From: Octopus vulgaris | Lineage: Eukaryota | Direction of reading: 5' to 3' | NCBI GenBank assembly: GCA_951406725.2 | Contig: OX597819.1 | Span: 70,122,001-70,186,000, forward strand | Length of the DNA: 64,000 nt | Part shown: piece by piece, positions 39,769-54,133 of the stretch | How positions within the stretch are numbered: the stretch's first letter is position 1 | How the letters are laid out: each line of letters opens with the position of its first letter | Position numbers and translations under genes: made by a program | The notes under the pieces: generated by a model | The model's input: the letters and a program-made list of their open reading frames with translations, nothing else | Database searches by the model: none | What the model was told of the DNA's origin: nothing

Positions 39769-40903
39769 GTAGGTTGGTAGATACTCTGTTGGTTTTTACC
39801 ACAAACTTCCGGTTATATGACTAAGTTAATTCCTAAACATAGAATTAATATTTTACTGATACATGTACCCTTAATACAATTCTCTGCCGAAATAGGGATG
39901 GTGCAGTGTGTGGTGAAGTCAGACCCTTGAATAAAAGAGCCAGTCCAGGAAAACAGAGAAGAAGAGAGAGAAAGAGAGGAAGCGGAGTTTAGATTTTTGT
40001 TTCCTCTTTTGCTGTATTTCTTTCTTCTTTCTCTTTATCTCATCTCTCTAATCCACAACATTCCATTCCCCTTCATTCCTCCTTGCTCTTCTCTTTCTCT
40101 TCACCAACCACTTCACTTTCTTGTTTACTCTTCACTCTTTCTATAATAAATTCTCTCCCTCTCTCCTCACTCCTTAAATATAAGTCCTCTCACCTCTCCT
40201 TTCTTCTCACTGTCTCTATTCACTTAGTCTTTCTCTATCATCTCTCATCCTCAATCCTCTCTCTCTTCTTTTTCCTTTCTCCTCCACTCTCCACCTCCCT
40301 CTTTCTATCTCCATCTCTCTCTCTATATAACTTACCACTCTTTCTCACTTTACTCTCTCTCTCCAGCACTCCCCACACTACCCCCTCCCCCCTCTCTCTA
40401 TTTACTACTTTCTGCCTTTCTCACCTTTGACCTGACATAATCCTGTTGCTGGAACTTTCACCAGTCATACCCACTTCTCCTCACCCATCTCCTATGTTAC
40501 CCTCCTCACCCCACCACAACCGCCACCACCACTTATAAATCAGATCTCATAATCCACATCTTAACAAAAAATAAATAATTGTAGGTGTCTACCTTTTAGT
40601 CTCTATCCTCCACCCTCCTCTTTAGATATTACCCTGTTTTCTTTCTTTCCTCTTGCTAGTACCCCTCCTCCTCCTCATATATATATATACATGTATATAT
40701 GTGTATGTATATATATATATATGTATGTATATTATATGTTTATATACACATACAGACAGAGATAGATAGACAAACAGAGATACACACACACACAGACATA
40801 CATATACTAACACCATTCATATACATGAATATTCATATACATACAGCACATACACATACGTGTGTGCATGAGTGTGTGTGTAGAGAGAGACTGACAGACC
40901 GAT

Positions 40904-40941
<38 letters not shown>

Positions 40942-41047
40942 GTATATAGATAGATAGATAGATAGGTATATAGATAGATAGATAGATAGATAGGTAGATA
41001 GGTAGATAGATAGGTAGATAGATAGGTAGATAGATAGGTAGATAGGT

Positions 41048-41092
<45 letters not shown>

Positions 41093-41280
41093 CAGACGGA
41101 TGGACAGATGGCGGGACAGACAGACAGACAGATACACATGCACACATACAAACATGAACAAATGTGTGTGTATATGTGTACACATATTTATACAAAACTT
41201 AACTCGTAATATTTGCAATTAATACACAATTCAGCATTAATACTCTCACTCCTTGTGCCTCATGCACATAACACACATAC

Positions 41281-41313
<33 letters not shown>

Positions 41314-41469
41314 TATATACATATAGTTTTATGCACATATGCATCCAACAAAATATTAACATGCATGCATGTACGCACACTCACACACATATTGATTTAT
41401 GCAAACACATTAACATGCATATATTCATAATCATGTTTATACTCTTGGGTTCACAGTGACATACACATA

Positions 41470-41684
41470 CTCCTTTCTATCTAGGCACAAGGTCCAAAAT
41501 TTTAGGGGAAGGGCCAGTCAATTAGATCGACCCTAGTATACAACTGGTACTTAATTTATTGACCCCGAAATGCTGAAAAGCAAAGTTGTCTTTGGCTGAA
41601 TTTGAACTCAGACCATAAAGACAGACAAAATACTGCTAAGCATTTCACCCGGCATGCTAACATTTCTGCCAGCTCGCTGCCTTG
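41470..41684 (-). mobile_element. SINE family 2, MetaSINE-like (representative)
   Basis: B box GAGTTCAAAT and GACTTTGCCTTTCATCCTTTCGGGGTCGATAAATTAAGTACCAG-type central domain; copies at about 2048-2262, 2281-2480, 15485-15702, 33925-34143, 38035-38220, 43217-43445, 54245-54433, 56950-57190. Confidence 0.85.
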
Positions 41685-43181
41685 CAAAATGCACATATTG
41701 AGTGCATTACATCACAACATGAAGTAGTTGTAGTCACTGATGTGGTCCTTATTGTTGAGCCCTAATAGAGTAGACCATTGACCAAAGGTATTTCGGCCAT
41801 GACCATCCCATCCTATCCCATCTTTAACCTATATGCAATGAACCCAGGCTCGCACTACACTACGTGTTTCCTTTCTTTTAAGACAGTAGCGCATGGTTTA
41901 AGGAAGGTTAGGTTGTTATTTCTAGCGGACTGAGTGATCGCATAGAGGTCCTCCTTCCCTCACTGGCTTACACAAAACATGATGTCAGAAATATGGGCAG
42001 AGAGGAGAAAAACAGTAGACAGGCTTTTCATATGCCTAGACAAGACAAGTCAGTCGTCAGTCAGCCAACAGTTTTAATAAGTACACTACTAATACAACAA
42101 CAACAATACAACCAATATAATCCTTATCTTTACAATACCTGTATGTTTGGTTGGTGTACTAAGCTGGGCTACGAGATAAATTTGGAAGTGTGGGTGGGTG
42201 GTTTGGTGGGAATGGATTTTGGTGGACAAAGAATGAAATCTATCTGCTACTAGGAATCAAATAGGTACCAATTAAAGTACTTGAATTCTTGGTTCTCCAT
42301 TGGTTACGATGACAAGTGTTCTAGTTAATACAAGCAATGGAACAGCCTGCTCATGAAAGCAATGGGAAAGTGGCTGAGCACTTCACAGACATGCATACAC
42401 TTAATGTATTGTTCTCTGGGAAATTCAGCACGATGCAGAAAGTGACAAGGCTGGCCCTTTGAAATACAGATACTACCCATTTTTGCCAGCAGAATAAACT
42501 AATGGAATGTGAAATAAAGTGTCTTGCCCAAGGACACAAAGCGCCACTGGGAATCGAACTCACAACCTTACAATCGTGAGCTAAATACCATAACCACTAA
42601 GCCACATGTCTTCACAGTAAATGAAGGAAAAGCTACTGATAGCTAAGTTGCCAGGGTAACAGTGAGGCAGTCATTGAGAGGTCAGCCATTGGTAGTTTTG
42701 TGTTGTGTTAGGACAGGACTCAGTAAAGTGGTCAATATTGACCCCTGAGGTGTCTATGTGGGTGTCCAAGGGATAGTTAAACATCTGAAATGATTCTAAG
42801 GGTTAAGGGTTCTGAATTATTAACAAACTGAATCTGGAAGAGCATTTGGGAGATTTAGCACGAAACAGAATGTGACAAGGCTGGCCCCTTTGAATTACAG
42901 GAGGGGGAGGGCGAGATGAAGATAGGGGAGGGGAGGAGGGGAGGCGGAGGAGGCGGAGGGGGTAGGACAACCTCAATCATTACCAAATGATGCCTCACAA
43001 GGGTCATCTACATATGGTGTGACCCTTTAAAAGTTGAAATTATAACGTTACAAAAATCCGTACAAATGTCTGAATATTTTGGAAATGGTGTTATTTATAA
43101 TTATACTAAACAAAAGTGATTAATCAAATTAAGTCAACAGCATAGAAAAGTGGAAACAAAATGATTTTTGGTGGAGTCGGT

Positions 43182-43217
<36 letters not shown>

Positions 43218-43466
43218 AAGCAGCAACCTGACAGAATTGTCAGCATGAAGGAGCAAAATGCTTAGTGGCATTTTGTACGTCCTTACGTTCTGAGTTCAAA
43301 TTCTGCCATGGGTGACTTTGCCTTTCCTCCTTTTGGAGTCAATAAATTAAATATCAGTGAAATTCTGGAGTGGGGTGGGGGTCGATGTAATCAACTAGTC
43401 TCCTCCCCAAAAACTTCAGACCTTGTACCTATAATAGAAAGGTTGTTTATTATTATTATTATTATA

Positions 43467-43501
<35 letters not shown>

Positions 43502-43715
43502 CATTATTATTATTCAGGCAGCAAGCTGGCAGAAACATTAGCATGCAAAACCAAAATGCTAAACTGTATGTTTTCTAGTTTTATGTTCTGAGTTCAAACC
43601 CCAGCAAGGTTGGCTTCGCCTTTCCTCCCTTTCAGTGTTGATGAAAACAAGTATCAATCGAGCACTGGTGTTAATGTAATCGACATGACCCTTTCCACAA
43701 GATGTGCCTATAGAA

Positions 43716-44003
43716 CAGTGGTTCCCAAACATTTTCGGGCTGCTGCCCTTTTGACACCCAGGCCACATTCCTAGTGTCCCCACCCCAACTAACCATCACA
43801 AACACAGACCCCTTTCTGAAGCAAATTCAAAGCAACTGTACTTCACAAATAAAACTTAATCTCATGAACCCATTATTTTGTTGTTTTTACATGAATCACT
43901 ACCCCATTATTGCCCCATTATTTTCTTCAACGCCCCAGTCCCCCCCCTTTGAATTTTCCACCCCTGCCAAATGGGGCAATACCACCTACTTTGGGAACCA
44001 CTG
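43716..44003. mobile_element. hAT (Charlie-like) MITE
   Basis: TIR CAGTGGTTCCCAAA / TTTGGGAACCACTG; perfect 8-bp TSD CTATAGAA. Confidence 0.92.
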
Positions 44004-44956
44004 CTATAGAAGAATGAATATTGAAGGGAGTGAGCAGGCAGAGTATTTAGCACACCAGGCAAAATGCTTAGTGGTATTTCATCTGGCTGTACATTTTGAG
44101 TTCAAATGCTGTCGGGGTCGGTTTTGCCTTTTGTCCCTGCAGGGTAAATAAAATAAATACCAGTTGCGTACTGGTTTGCTGTAACCAACTTGGCTCCTTC
44201 CCCAAAACTGCTAGCCTTGGGCCAAAATTTAAAACTTGTACCAGCGGCACAGAAAAGGCACCTGTGCCAGTAACACATAAAACCATGCATGTTGGTGACA
44301 CGTAAAAGGCACCCACTGCACTCTGAGAGTGGTTGGCGTTAGGAAGGGCATCCAGCTGTAGAAACCAAACCAAACCAGACTGGAGCATGGTTGCAGCTCT
44401 CTGGCTTACCATTTCCAGTCAAACCACAAAACCCATGCTAGCATGGAAAATGGACATTAAATGATGATGGTGATGATGATGGTGGTGATAATGATGATGT
44501 TGGTGATGAAGTTGATGTTGGTGATGATGATGATGGTGGTATTGTTGGTGGTGATGGTGGTGATGATAATGATGATGGTGATGATGATAATGATGACGGT
44601 GATGTGATGGGGATGATGACGGTGATGTGGTGATGATGATGGTGATGATGACGGTGATGTGATGGTGATGATGTAATGGTGGTGATGATGATGATGGTGG
44701 TGATGGTGATGATGATGGCGATGATGATGGCGATGGTTATGATGATGCTGGTGATAATGACGATGATGATGGTGATGATGATTATAATTAAATACATACA
44801 CACACACACACACCACACATAAAATGTTTTGCTTACCGGTTTATGTGAGACTATGGAAGAAACCCCATCAGCTTCTCAGTTTTACAACGAAGATGCTTAA
44901 CAGTCTAGCAGTGAACTTTCACCCCAATAAATTTTGCATTGAATATTTTTTTTTAC

Positions 44957-44989
<33 letters not shown>

Positions 44990-45478
44990 CACGGGTGTGT
45001 ACATGTATGTCTGCATGTGTGAGTTTGCATGCGCGTATGTGTGTCAACAAAGTATTACGCAGGACAAACAGCAGCTCGGCAGGAAAGTGTGTGTTTGCCG
45101 TATTGTTTAAAAGTGAGCTTAAGACAAGACTGCATAAATGATAATTGCAACATAATTGATGAAGTCATTGGATTGAAGGTTACTACTATTATTATTATTA
45201 TTATTATTACTATTATTATTATTATTATTATTATTAATATTATCATTATTATTACTACATAATAAAAACTGAGTTCATTTCAGTCTTTTGTAGTTCATTG
45301 CTTCAGGCAATAAAACTTAACTCGTTTTGTCTTTCAACAAAGCTTACTTAATGGATAATCACAAAGGTTTATTATTTGATTTAAACTTTAATAAAAAGTA
45401 ATTGCTCTCTTATCTTTGTGGTATTCATCAGAGGTTAGCTGGAGGCTGGTCGGAAAGTCACATTGTTAGAGTTTCACT

Positions 45479-45720
45479 TCAATACAGGAAAATTAGGTGA
45501 AAGAACATCAGTGTATTTAAACACTCATTTATCACGGAAGGGGGGGGGGGCGAAAGAAACAGAGTGATAAATGGATCATGTTTATACAGTAAGGAAATTG
45601 AATGAATGGTAGATTCATTGACACCAAACTCATGGCCCAGAGCAGCAAGGCCTCCACAGTCACATATTTCTTTTAGATCCTCTTTCTCTCTTACCTTCTT
45701 TGCCTTCCTTGTCATATCTC
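45479..45720 (-). mobile_element. Tigger/pogo-like transposase N-terminal HTH remnant
   Basis: ALGHEFGVNESTIHSI resembles the CENP-B/psq HTH. Confidence 0.55.
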
Positions 45721-45895
45721 ATTGAATGTCCTCTACCTATGTTGGCATTGGTTGGACATATGTATTCTTATTCTTTTACTTGTTTCAGTCATTTGACTGC
45801 AGCCATGCTGGAGCACCGCCTTTTAGTTGAACAAATCAACCCCAGGACTTATTCTTTGTAAGCCTATTACTTATTCTATCAGTCTCTTTTGCCTA

Positions 45896-47575
45896 AGATC
45901 GAGCAGGGCCATCTTCCTGAGGATATTTGTGGGTTTTCTACCTTTCTACTTATTAGTACTTTGGTTTTAGCTAGGTTGACTCTAAGGCCCCTCGATTCTA
46001 AACCCTCCTTCCACACCTGGAACTTCTCCTCCAGTTCTGATAGTGACTCAGCGATTAGAGCGAGGTCGTCAGCATAGAGGAGCTCCCAGGGGCAACCTGT
46101 CTTGAATTCCTCCGTTATTGCCTGGAGGACTATGATAAATAGGAGGGGGCTGAGTACTGAACCCTGGTGGACCCCAACCTCTACTTTGAATTCTTCTGTG
46201 TACATGTTGCCAACTCTAACCTTACTTACGGCATCTCTGTACATGGCTTGCACAGCCCTCACCAGCCATTCATCTATCCCTAGTTTCCTCATTGACCACC
46301 AGATGAGGGATCGGGGGACCCTATCAAAGGCTTTCTCCATGTCAACGAAAGCCAGGTACAGGGGCTTATCCTTGGCTAGGTATTTCTCCTGCAGCTGCCT
46401 TACCAGGAATATAGCATCAGTGGTGCTTTTCCCTGGGACAAACCCAAACTGCATCTCATCTAAACTAACTCTCTCTCTAATTAGTTGGGCTATGACCCTC
46501 TCCGTAACCTTCATTACCTGATCCAACAGCTTGATACCTCTGTAATTATTTGTATCCAGGGCATCACCTTTACCTTTGTAGCAGTTGACTAGTATGCTGC
46601 TACACCAGTCATTGGGTATGACTCCTTCGTGTATCACCTGGTTGACTATACGGGTGACTAGGTTATAGCCGACACTGCCAGATATTTTGAGCATCTCTGC
46701 AGTAATTCCTGATGGGCCTGGGGCTTTCCCTGTCTTCATGCTTCTAATTGCCTTAGCTACCACGGAACTATCAACTCGGATAGCTGGTCCCTCTGTTGGG
46801 TCAACATTTGGCAGACTCACTTTATCCCATTCATTTTCTTTATTCAGCAAACTTTCATAGTGGCATCTCCAAACCTCTCTCTTTGCATCCTCATTTAGCG
46901 CAAGTGAACCATCATCCATGCGAACACACTTCTCTCCTACCACATCACGATTCTCTCTCACACACTGTCTTGCAACACAAAATACCTCAAGTCTTTCATC
47001 CTCACGGCTCAGAACATTGGCAAATTTTTTCTTATCCGCTTCCCCTCTGGCTAAATAAACCTGTCTCCTAGCTTCCCTTTTGGCTGTCTGATACAATTCC
47101 CTGCTACCACCGTTCTTCCAGTCCTTCCAAGCCTGTCTTTTTTGTCTAATAGCCCCGTCAACCACCGTGTTCCACCACCATGTAACTCTGGGTCGAGATG
47201 GTACTTTGCTCCATCCACAGATCTGGTCAGTGGCTGTCAGCAGATTGTCCCGTAGGAATCTCCAGTTGTCTTCCACATTAAGTGGAGCTATATCCCCTTC
47301 TATTTCGTCAGAGGCTTCGAGTAGTATGTCTCTAAATCTCTGTCCATTTGCAGGATCTTTAAGCTTCCAGACCCTTCTCCTCCAAGCTGGTCTTCTTCTG
47401 GGCAACCATTTAGCTCTGATCCTGAAGTCGCTAACTACTAATCTATGTTGGGGAGTACATTCTTCGCCTGGGAAGGTTTTGGCATTTATAATCAGCCCTC
47501 TTTCCCTTTTTTTTGGCAAGGATGTAGTCAATCTGGCTGGTGTGTCTGCCAGAACGGTAGGTGACTAGGTGAGAG
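45896..47575 (-). mobile_element. RTE-clade LINE internal fragment (end of APE domain, linker, reverse transcriptase); 550-aa open frame
   Basis: Motifs APGPSG, KGKGD-NYRGIKL, QFGF, FVDMEKAFDRV, GVHQGSVLSPLLF, LLYADDL, GLRVNLAKTK; truncated at both ends. Confidence 0.95.
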
Positions 47576-48231
47576 GTGGGTAGGCTTCTTTCAGTTTCCA
47601 TCTACCAAATCCACTCACAAGACTTCGGTTGGCCCGAGGCTATAGTAGAAGACACTAGCCCAAAGTACCATGCAGTGGGACTGAACCCGGAACCATGTGG
47701 TTGATAAGCAAGCTACTTACTACACAGCCATGCCTGCACCTATATACATATACATATATATGTACATTTATATAGACACACACACACACACATCACTGGA
47801 ACTGTAAAAATCTGTAAAACTTCTGTAAAACCAGAGGTTTATCATTTAAGTATATATAAACATGTCTACATATGCAACTATATGCATGAGTATACATACA
47901 AATCTGTACACACATACACACACATAGGTACATACATACAAAAACACTCTGTTGAAGTTGAAATTCCAATGAATGAGCCTTGGATCTAAGTTAGAAACTG
48001 GCTCTTTCTCTATTGGCAAGAAATCTTGAAATAAAACTGAATAATGACATTCATACATACATGCATACATACATAACTACATACGCACGTGCATACATAC
48101 ATATATACATGCATGCATGCATACACATATACATATATATGTATACATAAATACATACATATACATACATGCATGCATACATACACATACACACATAAAT
48201 ATATGTGTATAAATATATACATACACATATG

Positions 48232-48615
48232 GGGAGGCGCAATGGCCCAGTGGTTAGGGCAGCGGACTCGCGGTCATAGGATCGTGGTTTCGATTCCCAG
48301 ACCGGGCGTTGTGAGTGTTTATTGAGCGAAAACACCTAAAAACTCCACGAGGCTCCGGCAGGGGATGGTGGTGATCACTGCTGTACTCTTTCATCACAAC
48401 TTTCTCTCACTCTTACTTCCTGTTTCTGTTGTACCTGTATTTCAAGGGGCCGGCCTTGTCACTCTGTGTGTCACGCTGAATATCCTCGAGAACTACATTA
48501 AGGGTGCACGTGTCTGTGGAGTGCTCAGCCACTTACACGTTAATTTCACGAGCAGGCTGTTCCGTTGATTCGGATCAACCGGAACCTTCATCGTCGTAAC
48601 CGACGGAGTGCTTCC
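48232..48615 (+). mobile_element. tRNA-derived SINE family 3 (young copy)
   Basis: A box TGGCCCAGTGG, B box GTTTCGATTCC; copies at about 19110-19476(-), 30232-30485(+), 42295-42615(-). Confidence 0.88.
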
Positions 48616-50020
48616 ATTCCCACATACATATATACATACACACACACACACACATACAGGCATACATACATACAAACATACATACCCTGTTGTTGATGCT
48701 GAAATTCCAATGAGAGAGCCATAGATCTAGGTTAGAAACCAGCTCTTTCTCTATTGGAAAGAAATCTTGAAATAAAGTTGTTACACACATATACACACAC
48801 ACACACTACCATATATACTTTACAAATCCTGTCCAGAGTAATATGATGAACAAAAATGACCAAAAACAAACAGTAAAAATATATAAAAAGGAAAGAAGAA
48901 AAAAAACCTTCACAGACTTATCTTCAGCAGTTCTTGAACTCCAGATCCTTCAGTGTATTTAATTTAGGTTAGCGTTATATAATTTCTTCATATTTCACTC
49001 TTTCACAATACTTTATAACGGATATATCCAAACGAAATATAAGAAATATGAAGAATATCCAAACAAGACAACAGTACTGACCACTCTCCACGACAACATC
49101 CACTCGTGCCCCCTTCTCCACAGTCCACCCCACTCAACCACCAAAAATACCTCAGGAAGGAATCCATGAGTCAGATGCCTTGTATAGTCTTATCTTCCTG
49201 AGGACACCCCTAATATTTTAATCAAAGCTTCCTTACAGCACCCATCTACCCATCCGACCGTGTATTAGTGTGGTGGAGTAGGGGAGAGGTAGGGGCGTTT
49301 GGAAGCACATTTACCTAATCTCTACCACTACCACCACAAGCCAGTAAAACAGTGCCTCAATGTGGTCGTCTGAACTATGAGAAACAACAGCCAAATCTTC
49401 CTCAAGTCCCATTTTGCTCAAAAGAAACATTAGATATAAATAGTCCAATTATACTACATATGAAGTAAAAGAATGACAGGATGGTCATGGTTGGAATATT
49501 TTTGAACACCGGATCTGCTGAATGAGGAGTGACTTAGGTTAAGCAGCAACAACAACAATAACAACAACAATTACAGCAACAATAACAGCAACAACCTGAG
49601 GCCTTACAAGATGTTTTAGGTTATCCAGATTTGGTGAAGCGATTGGATTATGGCTGAGGCAGGGGACGGTGTGGAATTGACAGGAAGACAAACAAAATGA
49701 AAGGATGAAAAAAGAACATAAGAAATGCACCACAAGACACAAACGCCCACCACCACCACCACCACCACCAACATCATCAAAACACTAAAGGCCCACTGCC
49801 ATTCCCCCCACACACATCACTTACCACCACCGAAATTATAAACCAAAACTGACTTTGTGGTAGTTACACGTTAATTACATTCTATCATGTTTCCATGCAT
49901 GAACAGTCAGCTGTGGAGTATTTAGGGTGAGAGAAACGAAGGAAGAGAAATGCATAATTAGGAGGATTTACGAGGGCAAGGTCAATGATTTCAGGGAGAC
50001 AAGCATTCTCTTATTTATAA

Positions 50021-50405
50021 CTAGCAGTATCGCCCGGCGTTGCTCGGGTTTGTAAGGGAAATAACTATAAAGGATTTTTTAGAGAGTTATAGCCAAAAAA
50101 TAGCAAAAAAATGGGAAAAAAAAGATGGTAAATTTTTTTTGATAGTTAAAAAGGTCGAGTTGCGTCCCCATGACCATCTGTGGTTTGTATTTCTGATTGT
50201 CAACCCCATGTTGAATTTATCGATCTTTTTCAGAACTGGGGGAACTTTTCAAAATTTTCGCTGCGTTAGTTTTGAATTATGACATTGGGCTATGTGTGTG
50301 TCAAGTTTCATCAGAATCGGTTGAAAGCCGTGGTCAGAGTGAGGGTACAAGCAAACAGACACACAGAAACACACACAGACAAACTGCCGTTTATATATAG
50401 AGAGA
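50021..50405 (-). mobile_element. Non-autonomous Helitron, same family as 8522-8906
   Basis: Reverse-complement match over full length; TC...CTAG ends. Confidence 0.8.
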
Positions 50406-50582
50406 TTTCATTCGTGACTAGGATGTTTTCGAGGAATATTAACCCTTTCTTTTGGATTTTTGTTGAAATGTACTGCCTCTGTTTCAATTGATTTTTTGGT
50501 AAGAAGCTTGCTTCCTAACCACAAAAGCCTTGTGAGTGGAGTTGGTGGATGGAAACTGAAAGAAGCCCATCATATATATAAA

Positions 50583-50628
<46 letters not shown>

Positions 50629-50630
50629 CA

Positions 50631-50672
<42 letters not shown>

Positions 50673-51194
50673 CATTTGTGTGCGTTTGTGTGTGTGTGTG
50701 TATTTATCCTCACACACACACCACTTGACAACTGGTGTTGCTATTTACCTCCCTGTAACTCAGCAGAGAAGTACTGGGGTCCATTCATTTGACTAAAAAA
50801 TTGTTCAAGGTGGTGCCCCAGCATGGCCATAGTCTAATGACTGAAACAAGGAAAGGATAAAAGCTAAAACCTTTGTACAGTAACCCTGTTATTTTCAGGT
50901 TGGTGTTTAGTACGTAATTTGATACAAAAATTTGATGTAAGGATTTAATTTAGATTCCTTTATAAAACAGGAAGTTTGGATCAAAGAACAAGGGAAAATC
51001 AGACAGATTGGTCCCATAAGGGTTAATCCCTTGTTAGCATACTTTTGCTGAAATACTCTACCTTTGTTTCAATTATTTTAAAAAATAATTAAGTATTTTT
51101 TAAAATGACTGGTGACCGAGATCTTTGGCGATGTGGTGTGCTTGGAAGACCCGTCAAGCCAAGCACACCCATGCCGGTGGCATGTAAAGAGCAC

Positions 51195-51432
51195 CTTTCA
51201 AGTGTTGGGCCTCACAGAGGCAAAGTGGCTGAGTTTCTTTTGAGTGTTGGGCCTCACAGAAGTAAGATGGCTGAGGTCCTTTCGACTGTTGGGCCTCACA
51301 GAGGCAAAGTGGCTGAGTTTCTTTTGAGTGCTGGGCCCCACGGAGGCAAAGTGGCTGAGTTTCTTTTGAGTGTTTGGGCCCCACGGAGGCAAAGTGGCTG
51401 AATTTCTTTTGAGTGTTGGGCCCCACGGATGC
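51195..51432. repeat. ~42-bp tandem repeat (about 6 copies) TTGAGTGTTGGGCCTCACAGAGGCAAAGTGGCTGAGTTTCT
   Basis: Direct inspection; derived from RTE 3' end sequence. Confidence 0.88.
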
Positions 51433-51820
51433 AAGGACCAAGAACCTTGGCATTATGTCATGCTTGAGAAGAAGACCCATTAAGCTAAGCAAAATTGCAG
51501 TCGTGGCAGATATCAGTGTCACACAAATTGGCACCTGTTCCAGTAACACATAAAACCACCCTGGTGTCAGACAAATGGCACCCGTGTCGGTGGCATGTAA
51601 AAGCACCCATTACACTCTTGGAGTGGTTGGCACTAGGAAGGGCATCCAGCCATAGAAAACCATGCCAAATCAGATTGGAGTCTGGTGCAGCCTTCGTGTG
51701 TGCCAGACCAATCAAACCGTCCAACCCATACCAGCATGGACAATGGACATTAAATGATGATGGTGGTGATGATGATGGTGATGATGATGATGCCTTAGTA
51801 TGAAGCTGGGGTTTGGGACA

Positions 51821-53731
51821 CATCATCATCATCATTTAACGTCCGCTTTCCATGCTAGCATGGGTTGGATGATTTGACTGAAGACTAGCGAACCAAATGG
51901 GCCTGCGCCAGGCTCCAATCTGATCTGGCAGAGTTTCTACAGCTGGATGCTCTCCCTAATACCAACCACACTGACAGTGTAGTGGGTGCTTTTGCGTGCC
52001 ACCGGCGCGAGGGCCAGTCTGGCTGTACTGGCAACGGCCAAGCTCAAATGGTGATTTTTATGTGCCACCTGCACAGGAGTCAGTCCAGCGTCACTGGCAA
52101 CGACCTCATTCGAATGTTTTTTCAAGTGCCAGTAAGGCAATGCTAGTAACGATCACGCTCAAATGGTGCTTTTTACGTGCCACTGGCATGGAAGCAAGAC
52201 AACCACTCTGGCAGTGATCCCGCTCAGATGGAGCTGTTGGTGCTCCACTGGCATGGGTGCCAGTCATCAAATTTGGTTCAATTTCGATTTCGATTTCACT
52301 TGCCCCAACAGGTCTTTGCAAGCAGAGTTTAGTGTCTAATGAAGGGAGGTTGGCATGGGTGCCAGTCATATTTGGTTCGATTTTGAATTCAATTTCAATT
52401 TCACTTGCCTCAACAGGTCTTCGCAAGCAGAGTTTTGTGTGCAAAGAAGGAAAGGTATGCGTAAGTGGGCTGGCTACATCCCAGGTAAAGGCCACGAGTT
52501 ATGGTCTCACTTGTCCCGCTGGGTCTTCTCATGCACAGCATATTTCCAAAGGTCACGGTCACTAGTCATTGCCTCGGTGAGGCCTACTGTTCGAAGGTCG
52601 TGCTCCACCACCTCGTCCCAGGTTTTCCTGGGTCCACCTCTTCCACAGGTTCTCTCAACCGCTAGGGTGTGGCATATTTTCACACAGCTATCCTCATCCA
52701 TTCTTGCCACATGACAATACCAGCGCAATCATCTCTCATCCACACCACAACTAATGCTTCTTAGGTCCAACTTTTCTCTCAAGGTACTTACACTCTGTCG
52801 AGTATGTACACTGACATTACACATCCATCGGATCATACTAGCTTCATTCCTCGCGAGCCTACGCATATCCTCAGCAGTCACAGCCCATGTTTCACTGCCA
52901 TGTAGCATGGCTGTTCGTACACATGCTTCATACAGTCTGCTTTTTACTCTGAGCAAGAAGCCCTTTGTCACCAGCAGAGGTAAGAGCTCTCTGAACTTTG
53001 CCCAGGCTATTCTTATTCTAGCAGTTACACTTTCAGCACACCCGCCCCCACTACTGACTTGATCACCTAGGTAATGGAAGCTATCAACAACTTCTAGTTT
53101 TTCTCCCTGGAATGTGGCGGAAGTTGTTCTCTGTGCATTTTCAGTGTTTATTGCACCAGAGCATCTGCCACATACAAAAACTATCTTCCCAGTTAGCCTT
53201 CCTTTGACATTGATGCACCTCTTGTGTCCATAGCTTTCACTGGGTATATCTTATAGAGTTTCTACCTACGCCTTTTCTACAGATCGAGCAGGGCCATCTA
53301 CCTGAAGGAGTTTGTGGTTTGTCTACCTTCCTTATTAGGACTTTGGTTTTAGCTAGGTTGACTTTAAGGCCCTTCGATTCTAATCCTTGCTTCCACACCT
53401 GAAACTTCTCTAGTTCTGATAGTGACTCAGCAATTAGAGCAAGACCATCAGCATAGAGGAGCTCCCAGGGGCATCCTGTCTTGAATTCCTCTGTTATTGC
53501 CTGGAGAACTATGATAAATAGGAGGGAGCTGAGGACTGAACCTTGGTGGACCCCTACCTCTACCCGGAATTCTTCACTGTACTCATTGCCAACCCTCACC
53601 TTACTGACAGCATCCTGTACATGGCTAGCACAGTTCTCACTAACCATTCATCTATCCCTAGTTTCCTCAATAACCACCAGATAAGCAATCAGGGGACCCT
53701 GTCAAAGGATTTCTCCATGTCAACGAAAGCC
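51821..53731 (-). mobile_element. 5'-truncated, frameshifted RTE LINE with 3' UTR and (GAT)n tail
   Basis: RT pieces GVHQGSVLSSLLF, LLYADGL, LYEACVRTAMLHGSETW, RGGPRKTW; same family as 45896-47575. Confidence 0.93.
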
Positions 53732-53742
53732 TGATATATATA

Positions 53743-54133
53743 TCTTCTTTATATATAAAAGTCAAGTTGTGTGTCTGTCTCCTACGATTTAGATTCCTAA
53801 CTACTCCCACATTTTGCGGTGCAGTTTAACCAAAACCGGGGTATCTTATAGTCGTGATTCATATCGAGCCCTTCTGGGTATTAGTGTGCGTCTACGATGA
53901 GTCTACAATTTAAAAAAAAAAGTTACCATCATTTTTTTCCATTTTAATGCATTTTTTCGCTATTATATAAGGGAAGTAACTCTCTAAAAATGTCTACGAT
54001 GAGTCAACGATTTTTAAAAAAAATTACCATAATTTTTTTTCCATTTTTAATGCATTTTTTTGCTATAACTCTCTAAAAATGCTTATATAGTTATTTCCCT
54101 TACAAACCCGAGCAACGCCGGGCGATACTGCTA

